NCBI GenBank assembly: GCA_028698185.1
Contig: JAQVDW010000043.1
Location: forward strand, 1 to 9,363
DNA: 9,363 bases
From: Erysipelotrichaceae bacterium
GTDB taxonomy: Bacteria; Bacillota_I; Bacilli_A; Erysipelotrichales; Coprobacillaceae
Direction: 5' to 3'
How positions within the stretch are numbered: the first letter of the stretch is position 1; each line of letters opens with the position of its first letter. The notes under the pieces were generated by a model. The model was not told where the DNA came from, did not search any database, and was given only the letters and a program-made list of their open reading frames with translations. Made by a program: the position numbers and the translations under genes. Of this stretch, positions 7,780-9,363 are shown piece by piece.

Positions 7780-7819
7780 CCGTTTTAATTTCAAGCGCTT
7801 CCAATATGGCGTTTTCAAG

Positions 7820-7850
7820 AAAAAAAGCATGCTTGGCAACATGCTTTTTT
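7820..7850 (-). terminator. Intrinsic terminator after metK
   Basis: The hairpin AAAAAAGCAUG-(8-nt loop)-CAUGCUUUUUU has a 5-bp GCAUG/CAUGC core plus an A:U extension, followed by a U tract. It overlaps the metK stop codon (7849-7851). It is symmetric, so it could act in both directions. Confidence 0.6.
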
Positions 7851-8994
7851 AATCCAAATATTTTTTCAAATCAGCGACTTTATCGAGCCGTTCCCATGGA
7901 AGATCGATATCGTCACGCCCGAAATGACCGTGGGCGGCGGTTTGGCTGTAGATAGGCCGGGTCAGCTCAAGCGAAGAGATGATTCCCTGAGGCGTCAGAT
8001 CGAAGTTTTCCTTGATCGCTTTGAGGATCACCTCATAACTTACCTTCTGCGTATTAAATGTCTCGACAGAAATCGAAACAGGCTCCTTGACTCCGATTGC
8101 ATAGGAAACCTGGATTTCAAGACGGTCCGCGAAACCGGCCGCAACAAGGTTTTTGGCGATGTAGCGGGTCATGTAGGCCGCCGAACGGTCGACTTTCGAA
8201 GGATCCTTCCCTGAGAATGCACCCCCGCCATGACGGGCCATCCCGCCATATGTGTCGACGATGATTTTGCGTCCGGTCAGACCGGCATCGCCATGAGGAC
8301 CGCCGATGACAAAACGTCCGGTCGGATTGATCAGCACCTTGAAATCGGTGTTGAGATTGTATTCGTTGGCAACCGGAACCATGATGTTTTCGTATATGTA
8401 TTTCTTGAAGCTTGCCTCGTCGAAATCGGGATCATGCTGGATTGACATCAGGATCGTATCGATTCTTGGCTTTTCCCCGTCGTAATCGATCGTGACCTGA
8501 GATTTCATGTCCGGACGGGCATTCTTGAATTCGCCTGATTTGCGCTTGGCTGTCGCATCACGCACGAGATGATGGGCGATTGAGATTGGCAAAGGCATGT
8601 ATGTCTTAGTCTCGTTCGAAGCGTATCCGAACATCAGACCCTGGTCACCGGCACCACCGACTTCGAGGTTCGTCCCCATGGCGATATCCGGCGATTGTTT
8701 GTGGATCACGACCTGGATGGCCGCTTCGCGATAATCCATGCCCTTGTCATCGTCATCATAACCGATTTCCTTTAGCACGTCGCGGGCGATCTGTTCATAA
8801 TCGACATGGCCGTTCATTGTGATTTCCCCGCCGATGACAACCAGGTTGGTTGTCGCGAAACATTCGCAGGCAACCCGGGCATGCGGGTCGAGGGTCAAAC
8901 AGGCATCCAGGATGGCGTCCGAGATCTGGTCGCACACTTTGTCAGGGTGACCCTGAGATACCGATTCCGATGTAAATATTTTTCTATCTTCCAT
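7849..8994 (-). CDS. metK: S-adenosylmethionine synthetase (methionine adenosyltransferase)
   Basis: 381-aa ORF beginning [33 protein letters not shown]... It contains [33 protein letters not shown] and [19 protein letters not shown], which are hallmark MetK motifs. The RBS AAGGAG (rc of 9002-9007) lies upstream of the ATG. Confidence 0.97.
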   Translation of the reverse strand: MEDRKIFTSESVSQGHPDKVCDQISDAILDACLTLDPHARVACECFATTNLVVIGGEITMNGHVDYEQIARDVLKEIGYDDDDKGMDYREAAIQVVIHKQSPDIAMGTNLEVGGAGDQGLMFGYASNETKTYMPLPISIAHHLVRDATAKRKSGEFKNARPDMKSQVTIDYDGEKPRIDTILMSIQHDPDFDEASFKKYIYENIMVPVANEYNLNTDFKVLINPTGRFVIGGPHGDAGLTGRKIIVDTYGGMARHGGGAFSGKDPSKVDRSAAYMTRYIAKNLVAAGFADRLEIQVSYAIGVKEPVSISVETFNTQKVSYEVILKAIKENFDLTPQGIISSLELTRPIYSQTAAHGHFGRDDIDLPWERLDKVADLKKYLD

Positions 8995-9019
8995 ATTCTT
9001 TCTCCTTTGTTTTGTATTA

Positions 9020-9057
9020 AAAAAGCTCCCTAAGAGAAAGCATGATCAGGGAGCTTT
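9020..9057 (-). terminator. Expression-platform terminator of the metK SAM riboswitch
   Basis: On the minus strand, the stem AGCUCCCU / AGGGAGCU (plus-strand 9048-9055 pairing with 9024-9031) is followed by U6. The 16-nt loop contains GCUUUCUCUUA, which is complementary to the P1 3' strand plus flank (plus-strand 9031-9041 versus 9053-9063). This gives a mutually exclusive antiterminator. Confidence 0.8.
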
Positions 9058-9153
9058 CTCTTATTGTTCAAGTTTACCTTGCTTAGTAGGGCACCTTCTC
9101 AATGAGGGTTGCCATCGTATCATCGATCTGCATCTAACGATTCTTAATAAGAG
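9058..9153 (-). ncRNA. SAM riboswitch aptamer (S-box / SAM-I clan) upstream of metK
   Basis: The minus-strand RNA reads CUCUUAUUAAGAAUCGUUAGAUGCAGAUCGAUGAUACGAUGGCAACCCUCAUUGAGAAGGUGCCCUACUAAGCAAGGUAAACUUGAACAAUAAGAG. P1 is CUCUUAUU/AAUAAGAG, and the conserved core GGCAACC...GGUGCC is present. A GAUGA kink-turn-like element, a short P3 (CUC/GAG) and P4 (CAAG/CUUG) are also present. The position, directly 5' of metK with a terminator/antiterminator switch, fits this call. Confidence 0.8.
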
Positions 9154-9181
9154 TCTTTTTTATGAAATTTTCAACATTTTG

Positions 9182-9209
9182 AGTATAACACAATTGTCAG
9201 GAATTACAA
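9182..9209 (-). promoter_or_regulatory. Candidate promoter for the metK riboswitch leader
   Basis: On the minus strand, the -35 TTGTAA (rc of 9204-9209) is separated by 16 nt from the -10 TATACT (rc of 9182-9187). The -10 is preceded by TGt. The predicted TSS is about 20 nt upstream of P1. Confidence 0.4.
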
Positions 9210-9223
9210 GCTGTTTTTACAAT
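9194..9223 (+). promoter_or_regulatory. Candidate promoter for the plus-strand gene starting near 9352
   Basis: The -35 TTGTCA (9194-9199) is separated by 18 nt from the -10 TACAAT (9218-9223). The region is AT-rich with several alternative -10-like hexamers, so the assignment is tentative. Confidence 0.3.
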
Positions 9224-9351
9224 AATATTATAACCGTATGAATCGAATATGATATTGTCTTAATGTAAGGAAATTGATTATGTCCCAAAGTTGTATATCC
9301 AATTCCCAAAGTATGATAACATGAACCTCTATGATTATTTGGAGGTATATG

Positions 9352-9363
9352 ATGAGAAAGGTC
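9352..9363 (+). CDS. 5' end of an unidentified CDS (MRKV...), truncated by the window edge
   Basis: GGAGG at 9341-9345 lies 6 nt before the ATG at 9352. An alternative ATG is at 9349. Only four codons are visible, so no product can be assigned. Confidence 0.3.

Noticed and set aside
7727-7804. A 26-codon N-terminal extension of hpf (MEALEIKTVDYLKSLLYNYFIEEVCI) implied by the track ORF start.
   Set aside because: There is no RBS at 7804, whereas GAGGAGGT sits 7 nt upstream of the internal ATG at 7726. HPF proteins begin with the MKISIRGKN-type sequence. The extension also covers the likely hpf promoter.
7924-9033. Plus-strand ORFs of 71-96 aa (7924-8214, 8230-8445, 8806-9033) inside metK.
   Set aside because: They are antisense shadows of the highly conserved metK CDS. 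They have no RBS and no recognisable motifs.
6235-9153. A functional SAM theme: a radical SAM gene, metK and a SAM riboswitch lie within 3 kb.
   Set aside because: The genes are separate transcription units divided by terminators and by hpf. Only metK is under the riboswitch. The proximity is most simply coincidental.
1-9363. I searched for CRISPR repeats, IS/transposon inverted repeats, integrase or recombinase genes, tRNA/rRNA genes, toxin-antitoxin pairs and defence-system hallmarks.
   Set aside because: None were found by eye. The only repeats seen are terminator and riboswitch inverted repeats and the 9-nt direct repeat at 9283-9312. All long ORFs are accounted for by housekeeping or transporter genes.

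Overview
The window reads as a chromosomal housekeeping region from a Gram-positive (Bacillota-like) genome. That guess rests on a T-box leader, an S-box/SAM riboswitch, a long-form HPF and GGAGG-type ribosome-binding sites. GC is roughly 50 percent by eye.

Gene order:
- leuS (minus strand, 3' end cut by the window edge, so it is absent from the ORF track), preceded by a Leu-specific T-box leader.
- Two tandem, translationally coupled genes, each encoding a fused ABC ATPase plus FtsX-type permease (MacB architecture), on the minus strand.
- A divergently transcribed YhcC/YtqA-type (TIGR01212-like) radical SAM gene on the plus strand.
- hpf, then metK with a SAM riboswitch leader, both on the minus strand.
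- An AT-rich intergenic region and the first codons of a plus-strand gene.

I see no CRISPR array, transposase, integrase, rRNA or tRNA gene, and no recognisable defence or toxin-antitoxin module. I therefore cannot claim a clearly novel multi-gene system.

The most unusual items are:
- the heteromeric-looking fused MacB-like ABC pair, in which one partner has a degenerate signature motif;
- an apparently leaderless radical SAM gene whose promoter overlaps the divergent ABC promoter;
- a marked AT-rich compositional dip over hpf;
- a SAM riboswitch with a non-canonical P2 region;
- a small Ser-rich upstream ORF containing a 9-nt direct repeat, ahead of the last gene.

All calls come from by-eye translation and motif reading. 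No database search was possible.
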